From NCBI GenBank assembly GCA_947589475.1, contig CANQBO010000003.1, forward strand, positions 2,837 to 66,836: a stretch of DNA of 64,000 nt. The letters run 5' to 3'. The translations under genes were made by a program, and so were the position numbers. Shown piece after piece: positions 9,515 through 19,800 of the stretch (its first letter is position 1; each line of letters begins with the position of its first letter). This DNA is from an uncultured Clostridia bacterium (GTDB lineage Bacteria; Bacillota; Clostridia; Christensenellales; CAG-917). The notes under the pieces are model-generated. The model had not been told where the DNA came from. It did not search any database and worked only from the letters and a program-made list of their open reading frames with translations.

Positions 9515-9994
9515 TCACGGATAATCTATCCCTCCGTTTGGATAGCGGCACCTGAAAAGTCTGCGTACGCCTTTGAAAAACCCCTTCCAAAACCCGTATT
9601 TTTCTATTGCGAGCAACATGTAGTTTGAGCATGACGGCTCAAAACGACAGCTCGCCCTCAGCGACAGCGGCGCAAACTTTTGATATAGAAGCACAAATAG
9701 AATGAATGTCGGTTTGATGAAGATCGAAAATATGAGCGTCGCGGCAGGAATGACAAGCCAAAGGGCGCGGTACAAGAAAAAATATACGAGCAAATTCGAG
9801 GCCTGCAACATGAGGGGCAATATAAGCCCCGAAAACAGTTGAAAAAATGAGATGGAGGGTCTTTTTATTTCTTCGTGCTCATCGTTTACGCGTTGCATCA
9901 TATAGGCGATCGTCAAGGCTTTTGCCTCTTCCTCGCTGTCCGCGTAAAACGTTTTTCCCTCCTCGGCGGATATTTCGGACACCTCGTCTGCCAT
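9515..9994 (-). CDS. yidD: YidD membrane-protein-insertion efficiency factor with an N-terminal extension of about 90 aa containing TM segments
   Basis: The C-terminus CRFEPSCSNYMLLAIEKYGFWKGFFKGVRRLFRCRYPNGGIDYP is the YidD signature. The N-terminus is acidic and is followed by hydrophobic segments. Confidence 0.8.
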   Translation of the reverse strand: MADEVSEISAEEGKTFYADSEEEAKALTIAYMMQRVNDEHEEIKRPSISFFQLFSGLILPLMLQASNLLVYFFLYRALWLVIPAATLIFSIFIKPTFILFVLLYQKFAPLSLRASCRFEPSCSNYMLLAIEKYGFWKGFFKGVRRLFRCRYPNGGIDYP

Positions 9995-10246
9995 AATAAA
10001 TGCCGAAATGCGCCTTGATGATCTTGCGTCTTAAAACCGAAAAATATTTCTATCTTCTGTGTTTTGACGAGACATCCTCTTTTATCAAATGCGCATTTTA
10101 CTCCTTTTCCAAAGTTGAATTCTGTCGATAGACGTTATCGAACATGAAATAATTAATTAAGTAGAATTCTTCTTGTCAAGAATAATTGAGTAAAAATCTA
10201 CTAATATATTCTTATAATAAGCGATCTTTCTAAAAACATTTTAGAG

Positions 10247-10420
10247 TTGAGGCGGGAGTTGGGCATCTCACAGCAGGAGCTTGCAAAGCGGGTCGGCGTG
10301 TCGCAAAAGGCTATTGATTTTTGGGAGAAGGGGATAAACGAGCCAAAGGCAAGCTATATCATAAGTCTTGCAAAGGTATTCAACGTATCCGCCGATTTTC
10401 TGTTGGGACTTGAGACTTGA
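10247..10420 (+). CDS. Short XRE-family HTH protein with no ATG start (TTG start, or a 5'-degraded gene)
   Basis: It falls below the ORF-track length cut-off. The translation is (I)ISDLSKNILELRRELGISQQELAKRVGVSQKAIDFWEKGINEPKASYIISLAKVFNVSADFLLGLET*. The frame opens at 10205 after a TAA. The only conventional start codon in frame is TTG at 10247, and I see no SD sequence. Confidence 0.4.
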   Translation: MRRELGISQQELAKRVGVSQKAIDFWEKGINEPKASYIISLAKVFNVSADFLLGLET

Positions 10421-10495
10421 ACATATGATATATCTGTCAACAAAAAAGGCAGGGCGTTTGCTCTGCCTTTTTACTATGCGTTCTACTTTTGACAT

Positions 10496-12331
10496 TTACT
10501 CCTTGTCGCCGTCGTCGCTCGTCGGAGGCTCGGCGGGAGCGTCGGTTGCGGGCGGGGCGGCGTCCTCGGTTTCGGGGAATACGTCGCTCATGCCGTCGAG
10601 GTCGGTCGGGGCCTGCGAGGAAAGCGCGGCTTCCGCTTCGTAGACGGAAACGGGCGGGTGTTCGAAGGAGTTTTCAAGGTCTATCTCTTCGGGAGTTTTG
10701 CCGTCGAATACGGCGGACTCCGCGTCCTCTATTTCCTCTTTTTGCTCGTCATATCCCGTGCCGTCGAAGGGGTTGCCGTCCTCGCCGTCGTTATTTTCGT
10801 CCTCAAGCGTTTCGCCTCTTTCCGCGGCGTGGCGTTCGGCGAGTTCGGTGCGCATCTTGACCTTTGTCTTTTCATCTATCTTGTAGAAGAACATTATTAT
10901 AGAGCTTGCGAGGTTGCAGAGACCGGGCAACAGGAAGTATATCGCCCACGCTTTGTTTTGCATTGCGTCCGTGACATAACTTGTAACGGCTGACGATTCT
11001 CCCGTTGCTTGTAAAACGTGCACCGCGGAGTCATAAGTGGAAGCACTGTAACCTATTGCTCCTATGAGCAGCAACCCCATAGACACGCTGAGCGCGTTGG
11101 ACAGCTTGTTCGACATGGAGAGTATGGCGAATTGCGTACCCTCCGTGCGTTTGCCCGTTTTCCACTCCTGATAATCTACGATGTCCGCGGTCATGACCAT
11201 AGGCAGATAGCCGTTTGGAGCGGTAGACGCGCCCAATAAGAACTGATAAATCCATATTGCCCAGATAGAGCGGAAGGGCGAACCTCCGAGGACATAGCAT
11301 AGAAAACCTATCACACTTACGACAAATCCATACATACCCGCTACGATGAAGTATTTCTTTTCGCCGAGTTTCTTGTTGATGACGGGGTTGAGGAGGACGA
11401 ATATCATACTCGACGCTGCTGCCGTGATGCCTATTGCCCAACTGCATTGACCGCCATAGAGGGTCCCCATGCCCAGGAAGCTCAAGTCAATGCCTTCGCG
11501 CATTAAAATACAAGTGGCCTGCACCGCGATACCAAGCCCGATGTTGCGCCCGAAGCCAAGCAGGTATGTTACAAGCACTATCATTATCATCTTGTTGTCT
11601 TTGAGCTCACGGAACATCTCTTTGAAACTCATACCCGCAGGCGCGGTGGATTTGTTGACCTCTTTTGTTTTGAAATACATCAGCAATTGGAAAATGAGTC
11701 CCAGACCGACCAAAATTCCTGCGGTTATCAAATATTCCTTTTGCCCAAGTACGCCGCCGGAACCTGTGAGCATACCGACGATCGTAAAGAATACGCCCGA
11801 GCATGCAAGCGCGGTGGATTTGAGCGTATTTGCCCAGCCCGCGGCATTGTTGGTGTCGTTGGCGTTTTTGGTCACGAAGGACAGCATGCCCTGCGAGGGA
11901 ATGTCCGCCATGGTCATGGACACGTTCCAAAGCACAAGCACAAAGATGATGTACGCGTATTTGCCGATGGTAGCGCCCGTGCCCGTGCCGAAGGGTATCG
12001 CGACAAACGACAGCATGGTGAACGCCGCAAGCGGGAAGGCGGACATGAGTATCCACGGCCTCATCTTGCCCGATTTGAAGCGGGCGCGGTCAATGAGGTT
12101 GCCGATGACAAAGTCTGCGACTATGCTGATAAATTTTGCGACCAAAATGATCACTGCTACCGCTATCAAGTTGACGGACATCATATTGTTGAAGAACTCC
12201 GCCTGGTAGCTGTTGACAAGCCCGATGGCAAGGTTTATGCCCATCACGCCGAGTGCGTACATCCACATGTTGCCGTTGAGACCGATGAAACGCTTTTCGG
12301 GCTTCTGCTCCATTAAATTTTCTTGAGTCAT
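10496..12331 (-). CDS. GPH-family (MelB/YicJ-like) MFS sugar:cation symporter with an acidic C-terminal tail of about 130 aa
   Basis: About 12 hydrophobic segments. The N-terminus GLNGNMWMYALGVMGINLAIGLVNSYQAEFF and the motif DRARFKSGKMRPWIL are typical of GPH transporters. The C-terminus is rich in D, E and P. Confidence 0.8.
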   Translation of the reverse strand: MTQENLMEQKPEKRFIGLNGNMWMYALGVMGINLAIGLVNSYQAEFFNNMMSVNLIAVAVIILVAKFISIVADFVIGNLIDRARFKSGKMRPWILMSAFPLAAFTMLSFVAIPFGTGTGATIGKYAYIIFVLVLWNVSMTMADIPSQGMLSFVTKNANDTNNAAGWANTLKSTALACSGVFFTIVGMLTGSGGVLGQKEYLITAGILVGLGLIFQLLMYFKTKEVNKSTAPAGMSFKEMFRELKDNKMIMIVLVTYLLGFGRNIGLGIAVQATCILMREGIDLSFLGMGTLYGGQCSWAIGITAAASSMIFVLLNPVINKKLGEKKYFIVAGMYGFVVSVIGFLCYVLGGSPFRSIWAIWIYQFLLGASTAPNGYLPMVMTADIVDYQEWKTGKRTEGTQFAILSMSNKLSNALSVSMGLLLIGAIGYSASTYDSAVHVLQATGESSAVTSYVTDAMQNKAWAIYFLLPGLCNLASSIIMFFYKIDEKTKVKMRTELAERHAAERGETLEDENNDGEDGNPFDGTGYDEQKEEIEDAESAVFDGKTPEEIDLENSFEHPPVSVYEAEAALSSQAPTDLDGMSDVFPETEDAAPPATDAPAEPPTSDDGDKE

Positions 12332-12603
12332 TAAATCCCCCCTTGATAAAAGTACGAAACAAAAAACAGTTTCGTATTTACATAAATATAACTATACACT
12401 ACAACCGACAATAATTCAATAGCGCCGCACAAAAACATACACTTTGTTCGATTTGTATAAATAATTTGTCGATGTTTGAAAGCGCAGGAAAAAGATGTAA
12501 AAATTTTTTTCGTATGTATCATCAAAATGTTTACATTTTTTCAACTTTTTGCTATTATAATTATAATCAAAAATATAAGGCGAAAGCCTGAATGGAGGGT
12601 ATT

Positions 12604-12843
12604 ATGGCAAAATCTATTGCGGGTTGGTTCAATTCACTTCCCCGTCTTGTGCAGATCATTCTTCTGCTCATCCCGTTTGTAAACTGGGTAATCGAGATCG
12701 TCGTGAGATGGTCCTCCGCGATCCATACGATGAAGGTCCTCAACATCGTCGCCGCGATCGTCGTGACGTTCCTCGGCGTCGTCGTCGGTTGGATCGATGT
12801 GATCTGGTGCTTGATTTTCCATCATATGTGTTTGGCAGACTGA
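12604..12843 (+). CDS. Small two-TM membrane protein (hypothetical)
   Basis: GGAGGG lies 4 nt before the ATG at 12604. There are two hydrophobic helices (LVQIILLLIPFVNWVIEIVV and LNIVAAIVVTFLGVVVGWIDVIW). Confidence 0.6.
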   Translation: MAKSIAGWFNSLPRLVQIILLLIPFVNWVIEIVVRWSSAIHTMKVLNIVAAIVVTFLGVVVGWIDVIWCLIFHHMCLAD

Positions 12844-12958
12844 TCGAAAACTCGGACGAACACTTCCCGCTCCGCAATACGAAGCGGGATGTTTTTTATT
12901 CTGCGCGAATTTTCGGGAAATCGTCTTTGTCGCGTTTTTTATGGCGCGTAAAAGCCTT

Positions 12959-14500
12959 TTATTCCCGACACTGCTTTTTGAATTTGACAAAGAATATGAA
13001 TATGAGCGCGGCGGTCATGAGTATGGCGACGCCGTCTGCGATAGGAGCCGCCCACAGTGCGCCGTCAATGCCGTCCATGGCGACGGGCAGGCCTATGGTG
13101 AGAGGAATGAAGCAGACGATGTCGCGGAAAAGCGACGCTGTCATCGCCATAGCGGGTTGACCTACGGCTTGCAAAAACACCGCGGACATCTTGATGACGC
13201 AGGTGAAAGTGACAAACATCAAAAATATGCGGAAGAGTTTTGAGGCGAATTCGTCGTAGTAGTGCGTGGGGTCGCCCTCGCCGAATATACGATATATGAC
13301 CTGCGGGCATGCCTCGAACAGCACGGTGGAGATAAGCCCGACTCCCACGGTGAGCGCGAGAACTATGAGGAAAGTGTCGCGTATGCGCTTGAAGTTGCGC
13401 GCGCCGTAGTTGTAGCCGAATATGGGTTGCGCGCCCAGCACAATGCCTATGACGATGTTTAGCACTATGGTGAACACCTTTGTCTCTATGCCGATGAGCG
13501 CGATGGGGACGTCGGGACCGTACTTTGACAGCGCGCCGTACTTTGCGAGAATGATGTTTCCCGTGAGGGATATTGCGACGATGGATATTTGCGTGATAAA
13601 CGAGGATACGCCGAGTTTTGCGACCTCAAGTAGTATTTTCGGGGCGGGGACAAAACTTTTCAGATGCAGGCGGAAAGTTTTGGTGCGGAAGAAATAGGCG
13701 GCGCAAACGACGAAAGTCACGCCTTCGCCTATGACGGTCGCCCATGCCGCGCCCTTTATGCCTAAGCCCGCGCCGTATATGAAAGCCGCGTCGAGCACGA
13801 TATTCGTCAGAGCGCCCGCCACGAGCGCCGCCATTGAAAATCCCGGAGCGCCGTCCGCGCGTATGACGCCCGTCATCATATTCGAGACCATGTATATGGG
13901 AAATGCGGCTACGATGATGACAAAATAGTCGCCCGCGTAGCCTATCGTGTTGTCCGAAGCCCCAAACAGGCGCAATATCTGCGTACGCAGCGGGAGAAGC
14001 ACGGCGATGAGTATGAGGCTGAAGAGAAGAGTCATCGTCATAGCCGTTCCCACAGCTCTGTGCGCGTCCTCGGTGTCCTTGCGCCCCTGACATATGCTCA
14101 GATATGCCGCCGTACCGTCGCCGAACCCCCACGCAAACGCCATTGCTATGAGCGTGAGAGGGAAACATACCCCCGTCGCCGCGTTGCCCAGCTCGTGCAG
14201 GGAACTGTTGCCGATGAATATCTGATCCACGATGTTGTAGAGCGCGCCCACAAGCAAAGAGAGTATGCATGGTATTGAAAATTTCAAAAGCAGTTTGAAA
14301 ATGTTCTGTTCGCCCAAAAATCTGTTGTCGCCGCCCTCATTTGCGCCATTTTGCATTTGAGACGATTCGCCCTTTGCGCCTAAGTTTTGAAGCGCGGGGT
14401 CTGAGGCGTTTTCGCAGTCGTACGCGCCTTGTACTTGCGCATTTGCGCGATCCGCATGAGTTGAAATGTTGTTTGAAGCGTCAAAAAAAATCTCGTCCAT
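12959..14500 (-). CDS. MATE-family efflux transporter
   Basis: AAGGAGG precedes the ATG at 14500 (MDEIFFD...). The sequence LLLKFSIPCILSLLVGALYNIVDQIFIGN and 12 hydrophobic segments fit MATE transporters. Confidence 0.85.
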   Translation of the reverse strand: MDEIFFDASNNISTHADRANAQVQGAYDCENASDPALQNLGAKGESSQMQNGANEGGDNRFLGEQNIFKLLLKFSIPCILSLLVGALYNIVDQIFIGNSSLHELGNAATGVCFPLTLIAMAFAWGFGDGTAAYLSICQGRKDTEDAHRAVGTAMTMTLLFSLILIAVLLPLRTQILRLFGASDNTIGYAGDYFVIIVAAFPIYMVSNMMTGVIRADGAPGFSMAALVAGALTNIVLDAAFIYGAGLGIKGAAWATVIGEGVTFVVCAAYFFRTKTFRLHLKSFVPAPKILLEVAKLGVSSFITQISIVAISLTGNIILAKYGALSKYGPDVPIALIGIETKVFTIVLNIVIGIVLGAQPIFGYNYGARNFKRIRDTFLIVLALTVGVGLISTVLFEACPQVIYRIFGEGDPTHYYDEFASKLFRIFLMFVTFTCVIKMSAVFLQAVGQPAMAMTASLFRDIVCFIPLTIGLPVAMDGIDGALWAAPIADGVAILMTAALIFIFFVKFKKQCRE

Positions 14501-14739
14501 ATTGCCTCCTTTATTGGCAATACAGTCGAGGAGAGTCCATTTGCCGCATGGCTCGTGAAGCGAAAACAAGCTTGCCTGACGTTGTCATTTTATCAAAAAG
14601 CGCCTGAAAATGTCAAACGTAAGGCGCAATTTGTAGGGAAAATAATTTTGTCATAAGCAGTCAAAATAATGCGTCAAACGGCAAAACGTCTCAAAATCTG
14701 CGGCGGGGAGAGGAGCTAAAATTGCATAGAGGTGGCATT

Positions 14740-15834
14740 ATGCGGATATTGAAAATCGGCGAAAGCGATGTGTTTGCGGGCGACGAGACGTCCGTCGTGG
14801 AGGAGTTGAAGGAGACTTTGGGCGCGTGCGCGATATGCGTGCTGTACGACGCGGGCGTCGCGGGTATAGCGGACGAAGTCGCGGCAAAACTTAAGGACAC
14901 CTACAGGATATTCCGATACGAGGTACTGTCCGCGCGCGACAAAAGGGTGAAGGAGCGCCCCGCGCCGCCCGAGTTCGTGAGGCATATCGTCGGCATAGGC
15001 ACGGGGAGCGTGGCGGAAGAGTGCAAACTGCTCGCAGAGGAGCTGGACGTCGAGTGGAGCATATTTTTAAGCGCGCCCACGACGGATACGATACTTTGCG
15101 GCAAACCGCCGAAAAACGTGTTTATCGCTCGAAATGTGATGATAAACTGTCCGTCCTGCTGTTTGGCGGCGGGTTACGGAATTTTGTTTTCTCAGCCGCT
15201 GAGCGTTTTCGAGGAGGTGTTTTCAAACAAAGTGCTCTCGCTTAAAAAGGCGGAAACATGCGGCAAAGAGGACGCTACGGACGCGGTCGAGCTTGCTTTG
15301 AGACTGCTTGAGATCTCGGCTTTAAAGCAGGAGGCGGACAGCGCGGAGATCACGGCGCGACTCATGCACTTTATTGCGATAAAGGCGGGCAAGCGGCCGA
15401 GGCTTATGGGGGAGTACAAATTTTTGGCAAGTTCGCTCATCACGGAGTTTTACAGCGCGTATCTGTCCTCGCCCTCCATCGACTGCATGCCTCCCGCCGC
15501 TATGGACGACGCGCTCGACAAGCTGTCCTATCTCGGGGCAAAAGATATTATCCGTCCCAAAAGAGTTGACTTTTTCGACGTAAACGCTTATTTTAAAATA
15601 AGCTATATTTTAAGTGAATACCGCATGGATCTTTTGGAGAAACTCGACGGGATCAATTCGCTTGGCAGACAGCGCTTTTGGCGCAGGCTCTATCCCGACG
15701 CGGGGTATTGGCTTAAAAGCGAAGTGACTTCGTCCGAGCTTATGAGCGCGATGACGCTTGCGGGGGCGTTCAGCGACAGCCTGTTGGGGCTGGCGTTCGC
15801 TTCGGGGATATTTGCGAGGTTTTGTGCGGGATAA
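14740..15834 (+). CDS. Hypothetical protein, possibly dehydroquinate-synthase/glycerol-1-phosphate-dehydrogenase-like fold
   Basis: GAGGTGG precedes the ATG at 14740. The only recognisable element is VGIGTGSVAEECK, which resembles the GGGS nucleotide-binding loop of Fe-ADH/GldA/AraM enzymes. The functional call is weak. Confidence 0.35.
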   Translation: MRILKIGESDVFAGDETSVVEELKETLGACAICVLYDAGVAGIADEVAAKLKDTYRIFRYEVLSARDKRVKERPAPPEFVRHIVGIGTGSVAEECKLLAEELDVEWSIFLSAPTTDTILCGKPPKNVFIARNVMINCPSCCLAAGYGILFSQPLSVFEEVFSNKVLSLKKAETCGKEDATDAVELALRLLEISALKQEADSAEITARLMHFIAIKAGKRPRLMGEYKFLASSLITEFYSAYLSSPSIDCMPPAAMDDALDKLSYLGAKDIIRPKRVDFFDVNAYFKISYILSEYRMDLLEKLDGINSLGRQRFWRRLYPDAGYWLKSEVTSSELMSAMTLAGAFSDSLLGLAFASGIFARFCAG

Positions 15835-15842
15835 GGGACGCT

Positions 15843-16631
15843 ATGAAAAACCTTAAGGATGTGGAGCTTTTTGTTTTCGACCTCGACGGCACCGTGTACA
15901 TCGGCGATGAGGAGATTGAAGGCTCGTTTGCGGCGATAAACGAGCTTCGCAGAAGGGGCAAGCGTATTTGCTTCTTTACAAACAACAGCTCGCGCATGCA
16001 CACCGACTACATCGCGCGCCTAAACAAGCTGGGACTGAGGACGTATTCGGACGAGATCTATACAAGCGGGCAGGTGACCTGCGAGTATATTTTGGACAAC
16101 TACCGCGGCGCAAAGGTTTATCTGCTCGGAAACGAGCGGCTGAAAAGCGAGTTTGAGCTGTACGGCATAGAGCTTAGCGACGAAGCGCCCGACATCTGCG
16201 TGATAGGTTTCGACACGTCGCTAAGTTATGACAGGTTGTACAAATTCTGCAAATTTGTCAACACGGGACTGCCGTACATCGCCACGCATCCCGACTTTTT
16301 CTGTCCCGCGCCCGAGTGCCCCATGCCCGACGTAGGCGCGATGATAGAGGCGGTGCGCTTGACGGTGGGCAGGACTCCCGACCTCGTTATGGGCAAGCCG
16401 CACAAGACGGCAGGTGAGCGCCTCGCAAAAAAATACAACCTGCCCGCGCGCAAAATTGCCATGGTGGGGGACAGACTGTATACCGACGTCGCTTTCGGCA
16501 AAAATTGCGGTTTTACGTCCATACTCGTGCTCTCGGGCGAAACGACGCTCGACATGTTGCCCGCCTCCAAAATAAAGCCCGACTTCACGCTTGAAAAGGT
16601 CAAGGACATTTTGCCTCTTCTGGATAAATGA
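15843..16631 (+). CDS. HAD-IIA family sugar-phosphate phosphatase (NagD/AraL-like)
   Basis: FVFDLDGTVY (motif I), FFTNNSS (motif II) and MVGDRLYTDV (motif IV). The ATG at 15843 is 8 nt after the upstream stop codon. Confidence 0.85.
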   Translation: MKNLKDVELFVFDLDGTVYIGDEEIEGSFAAINELRRRGKRICFFTNNSSRMHTDYIARLNKLGLRTYSDEIYTSGQVTCEYILDNYRGAKVYLLGNERLKSEFELYGIELSDEAPDICVIGFDTSLSYDRLYKFCKFVNTGLPYIATHPDFFCPAPECPMPDVGAMIEAVRLTVGRTPDLVMGKPHKTAGERLAKKYNLPARKIAMVGDRLYTDVAFGKNCGFTSILVLSGETTLDMLPASKIKPDFTLEKVKDILPLLDK

Positions 16632-16859
16632 CTCGACGTAGTCTTCCGAATGTTTTTTTGGGGAAATAAGCGCCCATTTTGACGCGCGTCGTTTTTTATT
16701 TTCGATCTTTGCCAAAATCGTCCGAGGGCGAGAGCATACGAATAGGAAAGCGACATAGCGTGAATGGATTTTTGTAAAAAATTAAAAAAATTTTCAAAAT
16801 TTAATGAAATTATTTAAAATATATAGTAAATTTAATATATCAATCGTTTGGGGGTAATT

Positions 16860-19800
16860 ATGCTTCAGCTAAAGAACATCAAAAAGGTGTACGGCGACGA
16901 AGGGAATATGGTCCGCGCGCTTAAGGGCATAAATATCAGTTTCAGAGAATGTGAATTTGTGTCTATATTGGGTCCGAGCGGTTGCGGAAAGACGACGCTT
17001 CTCAATATCATCGGCGGACTTGACGTCGCGACCGAAGGAGACCTCATCTTCGACGGCGTTTCCACAAAGGGTTTCAACGACGCGGATTGGGACGACTACC
17101 GCAACTCGAAGATAGGCTTCGTCTTTCAATCATACAACCTCATACCTCACCTCACCGTGCTTGACAACGTCGCGCTTGCGCTCACGATTTCGGGCATTAC
17201 GGGAGAGGAGCGCATAAGGCGCGCTACTGAAGCGATAGAAATGGTAGGGCTTAAGGAGCAGATACACAAGCTTCCCAACCAGATGAGCGGCGGACAGGTC
17301 CAGCGCGTCGCGATAGCCCGCGCTATGGTCATGCAGACGCCCTTGCTTCTTGCGGACGAGCCGACGGGCGCCATAGACAGCGAGACATCCGTGCAGGTTA
17401 TGGAACTTTTGAAGGACATCTCAAAGACCCGCCTCGTCATCATGGTCACGCACAACTCGGAGCTTGCCGAGAAGTATTCGACGAGAATCGTCAAAGTGCT
17501 CGACGGCGAGATAATATCGGACAGCGACCCCTATGACCCCGATGCAAAAACGGAAGAAAACACGGAAAGTGTTTCAGATGGCGCCGAAAGCGGCGAATTT
17601 GAGGAAATAACTCCCGAAAACGCCATATATAAAAACACGGAAAGTGTTTTGAATTCCGATTTCGCCCGGTCTCAAGGTGAAAATACGGAAAGTGTTTTAG
17701 CTGAAAATACCGAATATAATGAGGGAAAAGGCAAAGCGCGAAAAGGGAAGAACAGCGTAGCGCGCAAAGAAAGGAAGGGCAAGAGGACGACGATGTCCTT
17801 CGGCGCGGCGGCGAAGATAAGCTGGCGCAATCTCCGCTCGAAGAGGGGCAGAAGCGTGCTCACCGCGATCGCGGGAAGCATAGGCATAATTTGTATCGCG
17901 ATAATTCTCGCCATAAACAACGGCTTTTCGCAGTACATCGCTAAATTTGAAAAGCAGTCGCTCTCAAAATATCCCATCACTGTCACGACGGACGAGGACA
18001 ATGTAACAAGCCTGCTCGGAAATTTACAACAGCAGTTGGTCCCCGGCACGGAAGGCATGAACGTGTTTGAGATGTTGGGAAGCGTGGACGAGAATGACAA
18101 CAACACGAACAAATTCCCCGCCGACAAATGGTTTACGGTGTACGATATGTTTGTCAACATGTTGAAAGACTTTTCAAATCAAAAGACAAACGACATAAGC
18201 CGCTTCAAAAAGTATGCGGAAGGCATGGACCCCGCGTGGGGAGACGTCAAATATGATTACTCTATAAATCTCGACATCTATCGCCGCGACGTCACCGTTG
18301 CGGAAGAGACCGAGACAGAGACGATAAATTACACAAAAATAAACCCGCTTTCCCAAAGCGACGTGTTTATGATGCTCATCGGAATGCTTGCCGACACCGA
18401 ATTTTCGGAAGCGATACAGCTTATGGACACTTTCCCGTTTTGGGACGAGCTTGTAGGCGACGACGAGACCATACTTGCGCAATACGACCTCATCTACGGC
18501 GAGATGCCAAAGGACGAGCATGACATTGTGCTTGTCGTAAACGAATACAACAGAATTTCCGACTTCGACGCTCTGGCGCTGGGAGAATACGGCGACCCAT
18601 CCAAACCGAATGATATTAGATTGGGAGAGTTTATAAATTCGGTACGCGAGGGCAAAGAGGTTTTCGCCGACTACAAAAAGCTGTTTGAAGAGGCGAGCAA
18701 GCTTGACTTCCGCGTCTTGAAACCCTCCGCCGCGGTCCATGACGATGGCAATGAAAAATATTCCAACCTGATAGAAAAGACATCCGACGATCCCACGCTC
18801 AAAGAAGTGTTGGAGTCCGAAGAAGGGACGATACCCCTCAAAATTTCAGGCATCTTGCGCCCGAAGCCCGACCTTAAGGACGGCTGTATAAAAGGCGTCA
18901 TAGGATATTCCTCCATGCTCGCCAAAATAATAATGGAGGACGCAGAGAATTCCTACTATGTCACCGAAATGACCGAGAGGCTGGCAAACAGCCGAGCTTT
19001 CAATGCGGCGCTTACAAAGATCGCGCCTATCTATACGAAACTTAATGATATGACTTTGACCGAAGAGGAAAAGGCAAAGATCAAAGAAGAAGCGGGAGTC
19101 ACAGATGAAGATATGGATATTTTCAACAAAGGACTGAGCAATCAGCTCAAGACAACAGACCTTGTGACAGGGGATAAGTTGGCGCCCGATATGATGGATC
19201 TCTTGAATTTAGCCTTCAATCCTTCGGGAGTGCTTGAAAAATTAACGGGATATGCAAATGCGATCGACGCTTGCGAAAAGTTTATGTACAGGTTGAATTT
19301 GCGCGATCCCGACAAGCCGTCCTACATCTATATCTACGCGGGCAACGTCGAAAGCAAGGATAAGATCGTAGATTTCGTCAACAAGTTCAATGCCGAAGTC
19401 GACGCGGAGGAGAAGGCGCTTGAGGCGCAAACAGATCCCGTCACGGGCGAATATATCGACCTCGACTACACCCACGTCGTCAAATGCATCAACGAGCTTG
19501 ACAGCATAGTCAACGATATGGACGATATGGTCAACACCATAACCTACATATTGATCGCGGTCGCGCTTGTGTCCGTCATCGTGACGATGTTCCTCATCGC
19601 GATAATCATGTACATTTCCGTGCAGGACAGGACGAGAGAGATCGGAATTTTGCGCGCGCTAGGTTCGCGCAAGCTGGACATCTCCAACATATTCAACGTC
19701 GAAACGCTCATTTTGGGACTCATCTCGGGCGTGATAGGCGTGGTCATGGCGTTCATACTGCAATTCCCGGGCAACGCGATAACAGCGGCGACGCTCAATC

